From an uncultured Ruminococcus sp. (GTDB lineage: Bacteria > Bacillota > Clostridia > Oscillospirales > Acutalibacteraceae): a stretch of DNA of 64,000 nucleotides. Each line of letters begins with the position of its first letter. Within the stretch, counting starts at the first letter, position 1. Under the pieces are notes generated by a model. The model saw nothing but the letters and a program-made list of their open reading frames with translations. It made no database searches and was not told where the DNA came from. Made by a program: the position numbers and the translations under genes. The stretch spans positions 27,044 through 91,043 of the forward strand of contig CALYBM010000077.1 of NCBI GenBank assembly GCA_944412525.1. The letters run 5' to 3'. Positions 1 to 8,855 of this stretch are shown here, piece by piece.

Positions 1-144
1 TACGGAAATAACAAACCGACCGATAAGCAAAAAATGTGGCTAAATAAATTAAATGAAAACGATTACGCAGTCGCTGTCTGCTATGGCTGGCAACAAGCAG
101 CGGAATATATTGAAAAGTATTTATTGCTCAAAGGTTCAAAATGA
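1..144 (+). CDS. VRR-NUC domain protein, C-terminal part (truncated by window)
   Basis: Frame 1 reads YGNNKPTDKQKMWLNKLNENDYAVAVCYGWQQAAEYIEKYL, resembling the KPTxxQxxW...GY...VCYG tail of phage VRR-NUC proteins. Confidence 0.6.
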   Translation, partial: YGNNKPTDKQKMWLNKLNENDYAVAVCYGWQQAAEYIEKYLLLKGSK

Positions 145-157
145 AAGGAAAAAGAAA

Positions 158-568
158 ATGAGAATTGTTTTAGATGAAAACGCAAAAATTCCTACAAGGG
201 CACACGAAACAGACGCAGGACTTGATTTGTATTCGAGAGAAAGAAAACCTATCAGGGCGAAAAGCAGTGCAGTATTTGACACAGGAGTACATATTGAGTT
301 GCCTGCCGGTACAGTCGGAATGTTAAAGAGCAAAAGCGGACTTAATGTAAAACACGGATTGACAAGCGAGGGTGTTATCGATGTAGGCTATACAGGCAGT
401 ATATGCGTTAAGCTCTATAATCACAGCGACACGGATTATATTGTTGAGATTGGCGATAAAATCAGTCAGCTTGTGATTTTGCCTATCGTCACACCGAGCC
501 TTGATTTAGTTGATAAACTTGAACATACCGATAGAGGAAACAATGGCTTTGGAAGCTCAGGGAAATAA
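158..568 (+). CDS. dut: Trimeric dUTPase
   Basis: Motifs AGLDL, KSKSG, GVIDVGYTG, GDKISQLV and RGNNGFGSSG. Start placed at ATG 158 after the AGGAAAAAG RBS. Confidence 0.93.
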   Translation: MRIVLDENAKIPTRAHETDAGLDLYSRERKPIRAKSSAVFDTGVHIELPAGTVGMLKSKSGLNVKHGLTSEGVIDVGYTGSICVKLYNHSDTDYIVEIGDKISQLVILPIVTPSLDLVDKLEHTDRGNNGFGSSGK

Positions 569-580
569 GGAGGGAAAATC

Positions 581-955
581 ATGAAATGTAAGACTTGTAT
601 CAACTACGATGTATGTAGTAAACATAGTGCTAATTGTGACCGAGTAAGTGATTATTGCAAGATGTATAAAGACGGTTCAAAATTCATTGAGTTGCCGTGT
701 AAAGTTGGAGATGTAGTATATTCCTATTGTGAAGAACTATACCGAATATTACCTTATTTTATTGACCAAATAATTATTAGCTATGATTCGGACAGCCTTA
801 ATAACGAATATGTAACTTTTGACGGTATTTCTTCAAATGCGTCAGAGTTACTTGCCGATATGGATTTTACTGTTGACGAAATCGGCAAAACCGTATTTTT
901 AACCCGAGAAGAAGCCGAGAGGGTGTTGAAAAATGAAAATTGGATTGTGGAGTGA
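581..955 (+). CDS. Phage hypothetical protein (CxxC N-terminus, LPCKVGDVVY...IGKTVFLTREEAE family)
   Basis: RBS GGAGGG; motif typical of Clostridial phage early-region proteins. Confidence 0.6.
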   Translation: MKCKTCINYDVCSKHSANCDRVSDYCKMYKDGSKFIELPCKVGDVVYSYCEELYRILPYFIDQIIISYDSDSLNNEYVTFDGISSNASELLADMDFTVDEIGKTVFLTREEAERVLKNENWIVE

Positions 956-1850
956 CTGTCATAATTTTCCCTCACTGCCTTTGATGAAATTATCAGCATA
1001 CCATAAACGACGTGGCGATGAAGTAGAGCTATTAGACCATATAAAACATTACGACCTTGTTTATGCTTCAAAGGTGTTTAGCTTTACCGAAGATATTGAA
1101 AGCAGAGCGATAGTTAATGCTGATGAAATCAGACGAGGCGGTACAGGATATTGTATAACAGTCAAGAGTTGTAAAGAAATCTTTGATAACTCAAAAAACC
1201 AATCCTTGCCCGATTATATTGAACATATCTATCCCGACTATAGCCTTTATCCCGATTATAAATATGCAGTCGGATTTTTAACAAGAGGCTGTCCGAGAGG
1301 TTGCGGATTTTGCGTAGTCGGTAAAAAAGAGGGTTTATGTTCTCGGCAAGTAGCTGACCTTCCCGAATTTTGGCGAGGTCAGAAAGAAATTAAGCTACTT
1401 GACCCGAATTTGTTAGCCTGCGAAAATCACGAGCAAATTTTAAAACAGCTTTCAGACAGCAAGGCAAGTGTTGACTTTACGCAAGGACTTGACATCAGGC
1501 TTGTAAATCCCGACAACATAGCTTTGCTAAATAATATAAAAATAAAGGTGTTCCATTTTGCGTGGGATAATCCAAAGCAGGATTTAACCGATTATTTTAA
1601 ATTATTTGCAAAGCATACAAACATAAAATCGGACAGTAAGAAATCGGTGTATGTCCTTACAAATTACAACAGCACTATTGATGAGGATTTATACCGCATA
1701 TACACATTACGAGATTTAGGTTATTTACCTTACCTAATGATTTATCAAAAGGAAACAGCGGATAAACAACATAGGGATTTACAGCGTTGGTGCAACTGTC
1801 GTTGGATTTTCCGCAGTTGCCCGAGGTTTGAAGATTATAAAAATCGTTAA
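933..1850 (+). CDS. Phage radical SAM protein
   Basis: CxxxCxxC motif RGCPRGCGFC; N-terminal FPSLPLMKLSAYHK..GDEV. Confidence 0.8.
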   Translation: MKIGLWSDCHNFPSLPLMKLSAYHKRRGDEVELLDHIKHYDLVYASKVFSFTEDIESRAIVNADEIRRGGTGYCITVKSCKEIFDNSKNQSLPDYIEHIYPDYSLYPDYKYAVGFLTRGCPRGCGFCVVGKKEGLCSRQVADLPEFWRGQKEIKLLDPNLLACENHEQILKQLSDSKASVDFTQGLDIRLVNPDNIALLNNIKIKVFHFAWDNPKQDLTDYFKLFAKHTNIKSDSKKSVYVLTNYNSTIDEDLYRIYTLRDLGYLPYLMIYQKETADKQHRDLQRWCNCRWIFRSCPRFEDYKNR

Positions 1851-1864
1851 AGGAGATAAAGACA

Positions 1865-2146
1865 ATGGCTGAAAAAGAATATATTGAGCGTGACGGCTTA
1901 GTAGGACTATTTCTTGAAAAATGTTTTAAAGATACTTCATCAACAATTACTTACAGTGATGTGATACAAATCATTAATGCCTATCCCAGAGCCGATGTGC
2001 AGAAGGTCAAGTATGGGAAGTGGATAAAAAAATCATATTTATTAGATACAAGTAATTTCTGTTCTGTGTGTGGAGACAATTTCGGTATGCCACACGGTAA
2101 ATTTAACATCTGCCCAAACTGCGGGGCAAAAATGGATGAGGAGTAA
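1865..2146 (+). CDS. Phage hypothetical protein with C-terminal zinc ribbon
   Basis: CSVCG...CPNCGAKMD; RBS AAGGAG. Confidence 0.65.
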   Translation: MAEKEYIERDGLVGLFLEKCFKDTSSTITYSDVIQIINAYPRADVQKVKYGKWIKKSYLLDTSNFCSVCGDNFGMPHGKFNICPNCGAKMDEE

Positions 2147-2152
2147 GCAGAA

Positions 2153-2578
2153 ATGAGAGAAATTTTGTTTAGAGGAAAAGCGATTAATCGTGATAGAGGT
2201 TACTTGAGAAGTGACTATAAAAATGGCGATTGGGTTTATGGGTTGTTATCAAAAAAATATGATAAGCGATTTGAAAATCTACCAGCCGAAATGACCAATG
2301 AAAACGGAATCAGTGGTATTGAGATTGACTACAGAACAATCGGGCAATACACAGGCTTAACTGACAAGAACGGCAAAAAGATTTTTGAGGGTGATATACT
2401 CAGGTTTGAGAACGCTGATGGAGAGTTTACGGATTATGAAGTAATATGGTTTGGGAACAGATGGGAAGTTATACAAGGTGGTGCACAATTTGCTGACGAG
2501 CTTGATTTATTCTTTTGCGAACGCTCAACTGTAATAGGTAATGTCCACGACAATCCAGAATTGATTAAGAAGTGTTAA
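2153..2578 (+). CDS. YopX family protein
   Basis: MREILFRGK...GQYTGLTDKNGKKIFEGDIL...VIGNVHDNPEL signature. Confidence 0.9.
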   Translation: MREILFRGKAINRDRGYLRSDYKNGDWVYGLLSKKYDKRFENLPAEMTNENGISGIEIDYRTIGQYTGLTDKNGKKIFEGDILRFENADGEFTDYEVIWFGNRWEVIQGGAQFADELDLFFCERSTVIGNVHDNPELIKKC

Positions 2579-2582
2579 TTAT

Positions 2583-2900
2583 ATGAGCAATTTATCAAAC
2601 ACATACGGTTTTAAATGTCCGAAATGTGGCTGCGAAAAACTTGAGTTTTCTGAAGTAACTGACATAAACGGTAAAAAATATTATTCATTGATATGTTCTG
2701 CTTGCGGAAATGAAGATGGAATAAATTCTGATGTTTTAAATTTAACCTTTCGTGTGATATCAAGATACTACTTATTAAACTATAGCAGAGTTATTTATCT
2801 TTCAAAACACTCAAAAAAATCAAGAGTAAGGAAAAAGAATTTTAACAGAATAAAACAAAAAATGATAAAAGATGTAATAAATTCATTTAAGGAGAATTAA
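2583..2900 (+). CDS. Zinc-ribbon hypothetical protein
   Basis: CPKCG...CSACG. Confidence 0.55.
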   Translation: MSNLSNTYGFKCPKCGCEKLEFSEVTDINGKKYYSLICSACGNEDGINSDVLNLTFRVISRYYLLNYSRVIYLSKHSKKSRVRKKNFNRIKQKMIKDVINSFKEN

Positions 2901-2902
2901 AT

Positions 2903-3052
2903 ATGGCACACTTTGAGGCTTTTGCTTTGATTTTTGTGATTTGTGCAGTGATTGAAGCTTTGGTAGTCGGAGGTTTCTTCGGCATCCTGAAATTATTAAA
3001 AATCATTAAAAAACACAGGTTAAAACGCCGTGCCGTTTTACATAAAAGATAG
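2903..3052 (+). CDS. Small membrane protein (49 aa), not in the ORF track
   Basis: AAGGAG RBS; MAHFEAFALIFVICAVIEALVVGGFFGILKLLKIIKKHRLKRRAVLHKR has one TM helix and a basic tail. Confidence 0.55.
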   Translation: MAHFEAFALIFVICAVIEALVVGGFFGILKLLKIIKKHRLKRRAVLHKR

Positions 3053-3077
3053 AACTTAATAAATATCGTGCAATTCA

Positions 3078-3107
3078 AGGCATAGACGAGCACGGTCGTC
3101 TATGCCT
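3078..3107. other. Perfect 12-bp inverted repeat (hairpin) without U tract
   Basis: AGGCATAGACGA-gcacgg-TCGTCTATGCCT. Confidence 0.8.
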
Positions 3108-3333
3108 ATAAACATAAGTATTTTAATTTCAATAAATATAAAAATCTCAAAAATATTTGCGGCGACCTGCCGCTTTAGGCCTTGTAATCCGTATTATTTT
3201 TATATCCATTTATAAAATAATAAAATATTTAAAATTGGGTGTGAAAACAAGAAAGAGGAAAAAAAGGGGTGAAAGGGGAAAAAAGGGAGAAAAGCCTTTC
3301 TCTCTTTTTTCCCCTCAGAAAGGCAGTAGTTTT

Positions 3334-4110
3334 ATGAAAGTCAGAGAAAAAAGAATTTTCAGCGGAAAAACTTTTGAGCCGGAATTTTATTGCATAACAA
3401 AAGACGGCAGAAGATATTCTCGCGGAAAGAAGAAACAGTTAAGCCGCGAAGTACAAAAAAAGCTAAACGATAAAAATGCACGAAAACATCTGAGAAGGCT
3501 TCTTGATACTAATTTTGATGAATCCGGTTATTACTGCACATTTACATACAAGGACAATGAGATGCCTTCCTCTTATGAGAATTGTAAAAAGGATATAAAC
3601 AATTTTTTGAAAAGATTAAGGACCGCACGAAAGAGAGCTTGTCTTACGGAAGAACTAAAATATGTTTATGTCATTGAATTGAAGGTCAGTGCAAGAACCG
3701 GAATTGCACGCTTTCATTTTCACATTGTGATCAACGGCGGGCTTGCTCGTTCGGAAATAAAAAAAATTTGGGGAAAGGGAGATATAAAAAAAGTTGAAGA
3801 ATTACAGCCGGACGAACACGGCTTCAATCGTCTCGCAAATTATTTATGCAAAGATTGGAATAATCGCTCTTTGCCGGATAATCGCAAGCGTTACACACCG
3901 AGCAGAAATCTTAAGCAGCCGAGAACTGCTCCGCCGAAGGATGGAGTATTTTCCCCAAGATATCTTGAAAGAATTTGCAAGCAGCGGATTGACGACGCTG
4001 ACTTTTGGGAACGACGATATAAGGGCTATCGGTTTGTTGATGCAGAAGCAATTTATAACGATGACTACGGCACATGGAGCCTTTCGGTTTTTATGAGGAA
4101 GAAAGAATAG
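3334..4110 (+). CDS. HUH-superfamily rolling-circle Rep-like endonuclease
   Basis: Motif I YCTFTY, motif II RFHFHIVI, motif III LANYLCK. Start placed at ATG 3334 after GAAAGG. Confidence 0.7.
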   Translation: MKVREKRIFSGKTFEPEFYCITKDGRRYSRGKKKQLSREVQKKLNDKNARKHLRRLLDTNFDESGYYCTFTYKDNEMPSSYENCKKDINNFLKRLRTARKRACLTEELKYVYVIELKVSARTGIARFHFHIVINGGLARSEIKKIWGKGDIKKVEELQPDEHGFNRLANYLCKDWNNRSLPDNRKRYTPSRNLKQPRTAPPKDGVFSPRYLERICKQRIDDADFWERRYKGYRFVDAEAIYNDDYGTWSLSVFMRKKE

Positions 4111-4152
4111 TTTTTAACATAAATTCAAAAAACATTACAGCGAGGAATTTAT

Positions 4153-4461
4153 ATGACTTATCGTGAAATTAAGAAAATCGAGGAGAGCATTATCAGACTG
4201 AGTGCCGAAGTTGCCTGCGGAAAGAAGTCGGCCTCAGAATTCTTTACTGCGGAAGAAATTATACAGAAAGAAATTTTGATAAAAGAGCTTAAAGAAAAAC
4301 GAGCTTTTGAAATTCGTCGAATACCGCTTGACTGCATCGAGGGCAGGTGTTTACATATGAAGCTTACAAGAAAACTGACATGGCAGCAGATAGCTTTTCG
4401 TATCGGTGGAAGTAACACCAAAGACGGCGTCCGTATGATGTGCAAGAGGTTCAAATGGTAA
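4153..4461 (+). CDS. Late transcription activator (RinA/ArpU-like, C-terminal HTH)
   Basis: Position immediately before HNH-terminase; LTWQQIAFRIGGSNTKDGVRMMCKRF HTH-like tail. Confidence 0.6.
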   Translation: MTYREIKKIEESIIRLSAEVACGKKSASEFFTAEEIIQKEILIKELKEKRAFEIRRIPLDCIEGRCLHMKLTRKLTWQQIAFRIGGSNTKDGVRMMCKRFKW

Positions 4462-4463
4462 AC

Positions 4464-4501
4464 TTGTTCGTTTGTTCGTTTTTATTGAGTTAAAATATAA
4501 T
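4464..4501 (+). promoter_or_regulatory. Probable late promoter: tandem TTGTTCGT repeats plus a -10 element
   Basis: TTGTTCGT at 4464-4471 and 4472-4479, TATAAT at 4496-4501, no canonical -35. Confidence 0.55.
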
Positions 4502-4517
4502 TAGAGGGTTTCAAAAA

Positions 4518-4832
4518 ATGACGAACAAAACAGTTACAACTGAATGGATAAGACATTTGATCCGCAGCGGAGACACTTCTCCGTTTTACAACACACAAGC
4601 TTGGGCGGAGCTTCGAGAGCAAAAAAGAAAAATTGAACACTATGAGTGTGAGCGATGCAGAAGAAAAGGCAGGTACTCGCCTGCAAATACAATCCATCAC
4701 AAAAAATATCTTCGGGAAGCTCCCGAGCTCGCACTCGATATAAATAATCTCGAATGTCTTTGCGAAAAATGTCATTATGATGAGCATCACAAGGCTGAAA
4801 ATCAAAAACAGCTGAATGAGGAGCGTTGGTAA
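4518..4832 (+). CDS. HNH endonuclease (terminase-associated)
   Basis: CERC...TIHH...NLECLCEKCHYDEH. Confidence 0.9.
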   Translation: MTNKTVTTEWIRHLIRSGDTSPFYNTQAWAELREQKRKIEHYECERCRRKGRYSPANTIHHKKYLREAPELALDINNLECLCEKCHYDEHHKAENQKQLNEERW

Positions 4833-4949
4833 CAGACCCCCCGGGTAATAAATCGGAAATTTTTGGGCTTTTGGGATAACGGGCACAGGGCAAGACAATT
4901 CGGTTTCCTCGCACGCGTGAGAAATTTTTTTTGAAGAAGGTGAGCATTT
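4833..4949. other. Probable cos/packaging region
   Basis: Non-coding gap between HNH and terS containing CCCCCGGG and CGCACGCGTG followed by A/T tracts, the usual cos position in HNH-terS-terL phages (inference). Confidence 0.45.
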
Positions 4950-5264
4950 TTGGCACAAATTAAAATTGCGGATATTAAAAGCAGCCTTATCGAGCAGCTT
5001 GAAAAAAAGGGAGCTGACATTGACTGCTACAAGGATCTCGTTGACGCATATATTTTTTACACAAAAATGGAGCGGAAAATGCAAGCCGATGTTCAGAAAA
5101 AAGGGCTTACATACGAATCAATTTCCTCAACCGGCAAGAACTATGTTAAAGATAATCCGTCTGTTAAAAATGCTGTTTATTATAACAAGCAGCGGCTTGC
5201 AATTTTAACACAAATGGGGCTTAATCTCAAGACGGTTGAAACAGAAACAGACGATGAATTGTAA
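4950..5264 (+). CDS. terS: Terminase small subunit (P27 family)
   Basis: Position; KDNPSVKNAVYYNKQRLAILTQMGL motif. Confidence 0.85.
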   Translation: MAQIKIADIKSSLIEQLEKKGADIDCYKDLVDAYIFYTKMERKMQADVQKKGLTYESISSTGKNYVKDNPSVKNAVYYNKQRLAILTQMGLNLKTVETETDDEL

Positions 5265-6916
5265 TGCTTAACAGACATATTCAAGAATATATTGACCTTG
5301 TAAAATCCGGTCAATTTCGTGTATGCAAAGAGCAAAAAAAGCTTGTAGAATATGTTGAATACTGCTTTAAAAACGAGAATATTTATGTTGACGAACAGCA
5401 GCTTGAGAAGTATTTAGATTTACAAAAGTATTTTGATTACAAGCTTTTTCCCTGGGAGAAATTTTGCTTTGCGTTACATAATTGTACATATATTTCACCC
5501 GGAGTTTTACGGTGGCCTGACCTTGTAATCTTAGTATGTCGAGGAGCAGGAAAAAACGGTTATCTTGCTTTTGAAGATTTTGCCTTGCTTACCCCGGTAA
5601 ACGGAATTAAAAATTATCATATTGACATTTGTGCTACCTCGGAAGATCAGGCAAAAACTTCGTTTGAGGACATAAAAGAAGTTCTCGAGAAAAATTCCGC
5701 AAAGATGTCGAAGCATTTCAAATGGACAAGTACAGAAATTCGCAGTTTAAAAACAGGCTCTGTTTTAAAATTCAGAACTTCTAACAGTAAAACCAAAGAC
5801 GGCGGACGACCGGGAAAAGTTGATTTTGATGAGTACCATGCGTATGAAAATTATAATTTAATCAATGTTTTCAAAACGGGTTTCGGTAAAAAGCCGATGC
5901 CGAGAACAACTATAACAACGACGATGGGAGATGTCCGAGACGGTCCTCTCGACAATGAGCTTGATGATGCCTTGCAGGTCCTTGACGGAAAGCTCCCCGA
6001 CAACGGAAAACTTTATTTTATTTGCCGTCTTGACGACAAAAAAGAAGTTCACGATGAGAGAAATTGGTATAAAGCGAATCCATCGCTGCAATATTTTCCC
6101 GAACTGTTAAGAGAAATCCGAAAAGAGTACGAGGACTGGAAAAGGGACAATATCGGAAATTCAGCTTTTATGACAAAACGAATGAATATCCCTCAAGGCT
6201 CTACCGAGGTTCCCGTAACAGAATGGGCAAACATTTTAGCAACAAAAAGAGATTTAATTGACCTTAGCGATTATCCCGCTGTGTTCGGAATTGACTATAC
6301 AAAAACAACCGACTTCTTGACAGCTGGATTGTTATTTGAAGTTGATAATTTAATTTACTGGATAACTCAATCTTGGTATTGCGAAAATTGCAGGGATTTA
6401 TCAAGAATTAGATATCCACTTGCCGATGCCGAAGAACACGGCTTAATTATAAAAGTCCCCGGCGTTGAAATCCCGCCGGAATATCCTGTTGATTGGATAG
6501 ATGAGCAGCGGAAAAGATATAATATTGTCGCCGGTGCCCTTGATAATTACAGATTCACTCTTTTAAAAAAACCGCTTGAAGCAATTGGTTTTGACTGCGA
6601 TAAGAAAGACGGAAATAACAATTTAAAGCTTGTCAGACCTTCGGACCTTATGCAGGCGGCTCCAATAATTTCGTCTGATTTTGCAAACCAAAGAATTATT
6701 TGGGGCGATAATTCTCTAATGCGTTGGTACACAAACAACACAAAAGTTATTTACGACAACAAAGGCAATATGATTTACGGAAAAATTGAACCCAAAACAC
6801 GAAAAACAGACGGATTTATGGCTTTCGCAGCGGCATATACAGTCAAAGAAAAATTGAGTGAAGTTGCAAATGTAAGGCAGTTCATGTCAACAAATTTAAA
6901 AGTTTTCAGTTATTAG
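5264..6916 (+). CDS. terL: Terminase large subunit
   Basis: Walker A RGAGKNG, Walker B DFDEYH, nuclease GIDYTKTTD and C-terminal KTDGFMA. Confidence 0.95.
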   Translation: MLNRHIQEYIDLVKSGQFRVCKEQKKLVEYVEYCFKNENIYVDEQQLEKYLDLQKYFDYKLFPWEKFCFALHNCTYISPGVLRWPDLVILVCRGAGKNGYLAFEDFALLTPVNGIKNYHIDICATSEDQAKTSFEDIKEVLEKNSAKMSKHFKWTSTEIRSLKTGSVLKFRTSNSKTKDGGRPGKVDFDEYHAYENYNLINVFKTGFGKKPMPRTTITTTMGDVRDGPLDNELDDALQVLDGKLPDNGKLYFICRLDDKKEVHDERNWYKANPSLQYFPELLREIRKEYEDWKRDNIGNSAFMTKRMNIPQGSTEVPVTEWANILATKRDLIDLSDYPAVFGIDYTKTTDFLTAGLLFEVDNLIYWITQSWYCENCRDLSRIRYPLADAEEHGLIIKVPGVEIPPEYPVDWIDEQRKRYNIVAGALDNYRFTLLKKPLEAIGFDCDKKDGNNNLKLVRPSDLMQAAPIISSDFANQRIIWGDNSLMRWYTNNTKVIYDNKGNMIYGKIEPKTRKTDGFMAFAAAYTVKEKLSEVANVRQFMSTNLKVFSY

Positions 6917-6920
6917 GCAG

Positions 6921-8090
6921 GTGAGAAAAATTTTATTTTTTGATTTTATAAAAGAGAAAATATTTAACAAAACAATGAGAGGCACTTCGAGCGAAATATT
7001 TTCGGAAGACGCAGAAGCACAAAAATTTCAGCTTACGCAAATTGCACTTTTTACAGCAATTGACATAATAGCTCGAAGCTTTGCAAAATGCGAATTTGTC
7101 ACGGTTGAGAACCAAAACGCCGTGACGAAATCTGAATACTATCTCTGGAATTACTCGCCTAATAAACATCAAACTAAGATTGAATTTTTTGTGCAAGCAA
7201 TTTCACAGCTAATTTTTCAAAACGAGCTTTTAATTTTTGAAACAGCTGACAAACAGCTTTTAATTGCTGACAGCTTTTCAAAAAACGAATATGCGATTTA
7301 TGACGACACATTTTCTTCAGTGACTGCCCGCAACTGGACATCGCCGAAGACTTACAGGTCGAGTGAGGTTTTATATTTAAAATATAACAATTTTCTATTG
7401 ACAAACTTACTTTCAAAAATGTGTGAATCTTACAGTAAGCTTATGGATTATTCACAGCAGCGATATGTTAAGTTTGTCGGCCATAAGGGAATATTAAAAA
7501 TCAAGGCTTCGGCTACCAATGACAAGGAATTTCAAAATAAATTCAACGATATGATGAACAACAATTTTAAACAGTATTTCAAATCACAAGACGCTGTGCT
7601 GCCTTTATACGACGGCTTCGATTATTCCGAGCCGCAGACTGAGGCGAGGAAAACAACGAACAGCGAGATTAATGATATTGAGAAGCTTAAAAGCGAAGCT
7701 TTTGCAACTGTCGGAAATGCTTTGCATATTCCTCCGGCAATCATTTCCGGCACAGCTTCTCAGCTCAGCGATGCAGTAGATGCCTTTATAGCAAACGCAG
7801 TAGATCCTCTCGCTCAGATGTTTGAGGAAGAAATCACTAAAAAGCGTTACGGAGAAACTGAATTCTTAAAAGGCAATTATATGCTTGTAGATACTACCAC
7901 GGTCAAACATATTGATGCGGTTACATCTGCAAATAATATTGATAAAGCAATCGCCTGCGGTGTGCTCAATCCTTATCAAGCCCAACGCTATTGTAACATT
8001 TTGCCTTGCTCCGACGATTGGGCAAAGACTTACTATATGACGAAAAATTATCAGACAGCAGAGCTTTCTCTGAAAGGTGGTGAGGAATAA
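6921..8090 (+). CDS. Portal protein (HK97 family)
   Basis: Position after terL; 389 aa; NALHIPPAII and PLAQMFEEEITKK portal-like motifs. Confidence 0.9.
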   Translation: MRKILFFDFIKEKIFNKTMRGTSSEIFSEDAEAQKFQLTQIALFTAIDIIARSFAKCEFVTVENQNAVTKSEYYLWNYSPNKHQTKIEFFVQAISQLIFQNELLIFETADKQLLIADSFSKNEYAIYDDTFSSVTARNWTSPKTYRSSEVLYLKYNNFLLTNLLSKMCESYSKLMDYSQQRYVKFVGHKGILKIKASATNDKEFQNKFNDMMNNNFKQYFKSQDAVLPLYDGFDYSEPQTEARKTTNSEINDIEKLKSEAFATVGNALHIPPAIISGTASQLSDAVDAFIANAVDPLAQMFEEEITKKRYGETEFLKGNYMLVDTTTVKHIDAVTSANNIDKAIACGVLNPYQAQRYCNILPCSDDWAKTYYMTKNYQTAELSLKGGEE

Positions 8091-8845
8091 TGAAAAATCT
8101 TCAAAAGAAATTTGAAATCAAGCAAATCGGAGATGTGAGGACGCTTGAACTTTATTTTTACGGCGAAATACAAAAGGACTACTACGATTGGTGGACTGGT
8201 GAGCTCGTTGAATCAAAGACATCGTCAGAATATGTGAAAAAAGCACTTGAAGATGCAGGTCCCGTTGAGCAAATTAACATTTACATAAATTCTATCGGAG
8301 GAGCTATTTCTGAGGGCGTTGCGATTTATAACCTGCTCAAAAGAAATACTGCTCATAAAACAGTCTATATTGACGCTTTTGCATACTCAATAGCTTCTGT
8401 AATTGCTATGGCAGGAGATAAAGTTGTTATGCCTAGCAATACAACAATGATGATTCACAATGCTTCTTGGGGCGTTTACGGAAACTCCGCTAAGCTGAGA
8501 AAGGCGGCAGATGACCTTGACGCAATTAACGAGGCGAGCTGTAACACTTACCTTGTCAAGGCAGGCGAAAAGCTACCCAAAGAAAAACTCACGGAACTGC
8601 TTGATGCCGAGACATTTCTCACTGCTGAACAAGCTTTTTCTTATGGATTATGCGATGAAATTATTGATCCTGTTTCACTTGAAACAGCCGTCGAGGTTGT
8701 CGAACAGGCACAACGTCAGAGAAATCCCGCGGCAAAACAGGCAAAAGAAAATTTGCAGTTGACTGCACAAAATAAATCCCCGCAAAAAGAGAGAACCTCT
8801 TTTGACATATTTAAGGACATACTTTCAGAAAAAAATTATTTTTAA
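8090..8845 (+). CDS. ClpP-like head maturation protease
   Basis: INSIGG, AYSIASVIAMAGD, MMIHNA, ETFLTAEQA. Confidence 0.92.
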   Translation: MKNLQKKFEIKQIGDVRTLELYFYGEIQKDYYDWWTGELVESKTSSEYVKKALEDAGPVEQINIYINSIGGAISEGVAIYNLLKRNTAHKTVYIDAFAYSIASVIAMAGDKVVMPSNTTMMIHNASWGVYGNSAKLRKAADDLDAINEASCNTYLVKAGEKLPKEKLTELLDAETFLTAEQAFSYGLCDEIIDPVSLETAVEVVEQAQRQRNPAAKQAKENLQLTAQNKSPQKERTSFDIFKDILSEKNYF

Positions 8846-8855
8846 GGAGTTAAAG

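Noticed and set aside
3157-3333. 59-aa N-terminal extension of the Rep-like ORF
   Set aside because: It is low-complexity translation of a hairpin-rich leader; the RBS supports ATG 3334.
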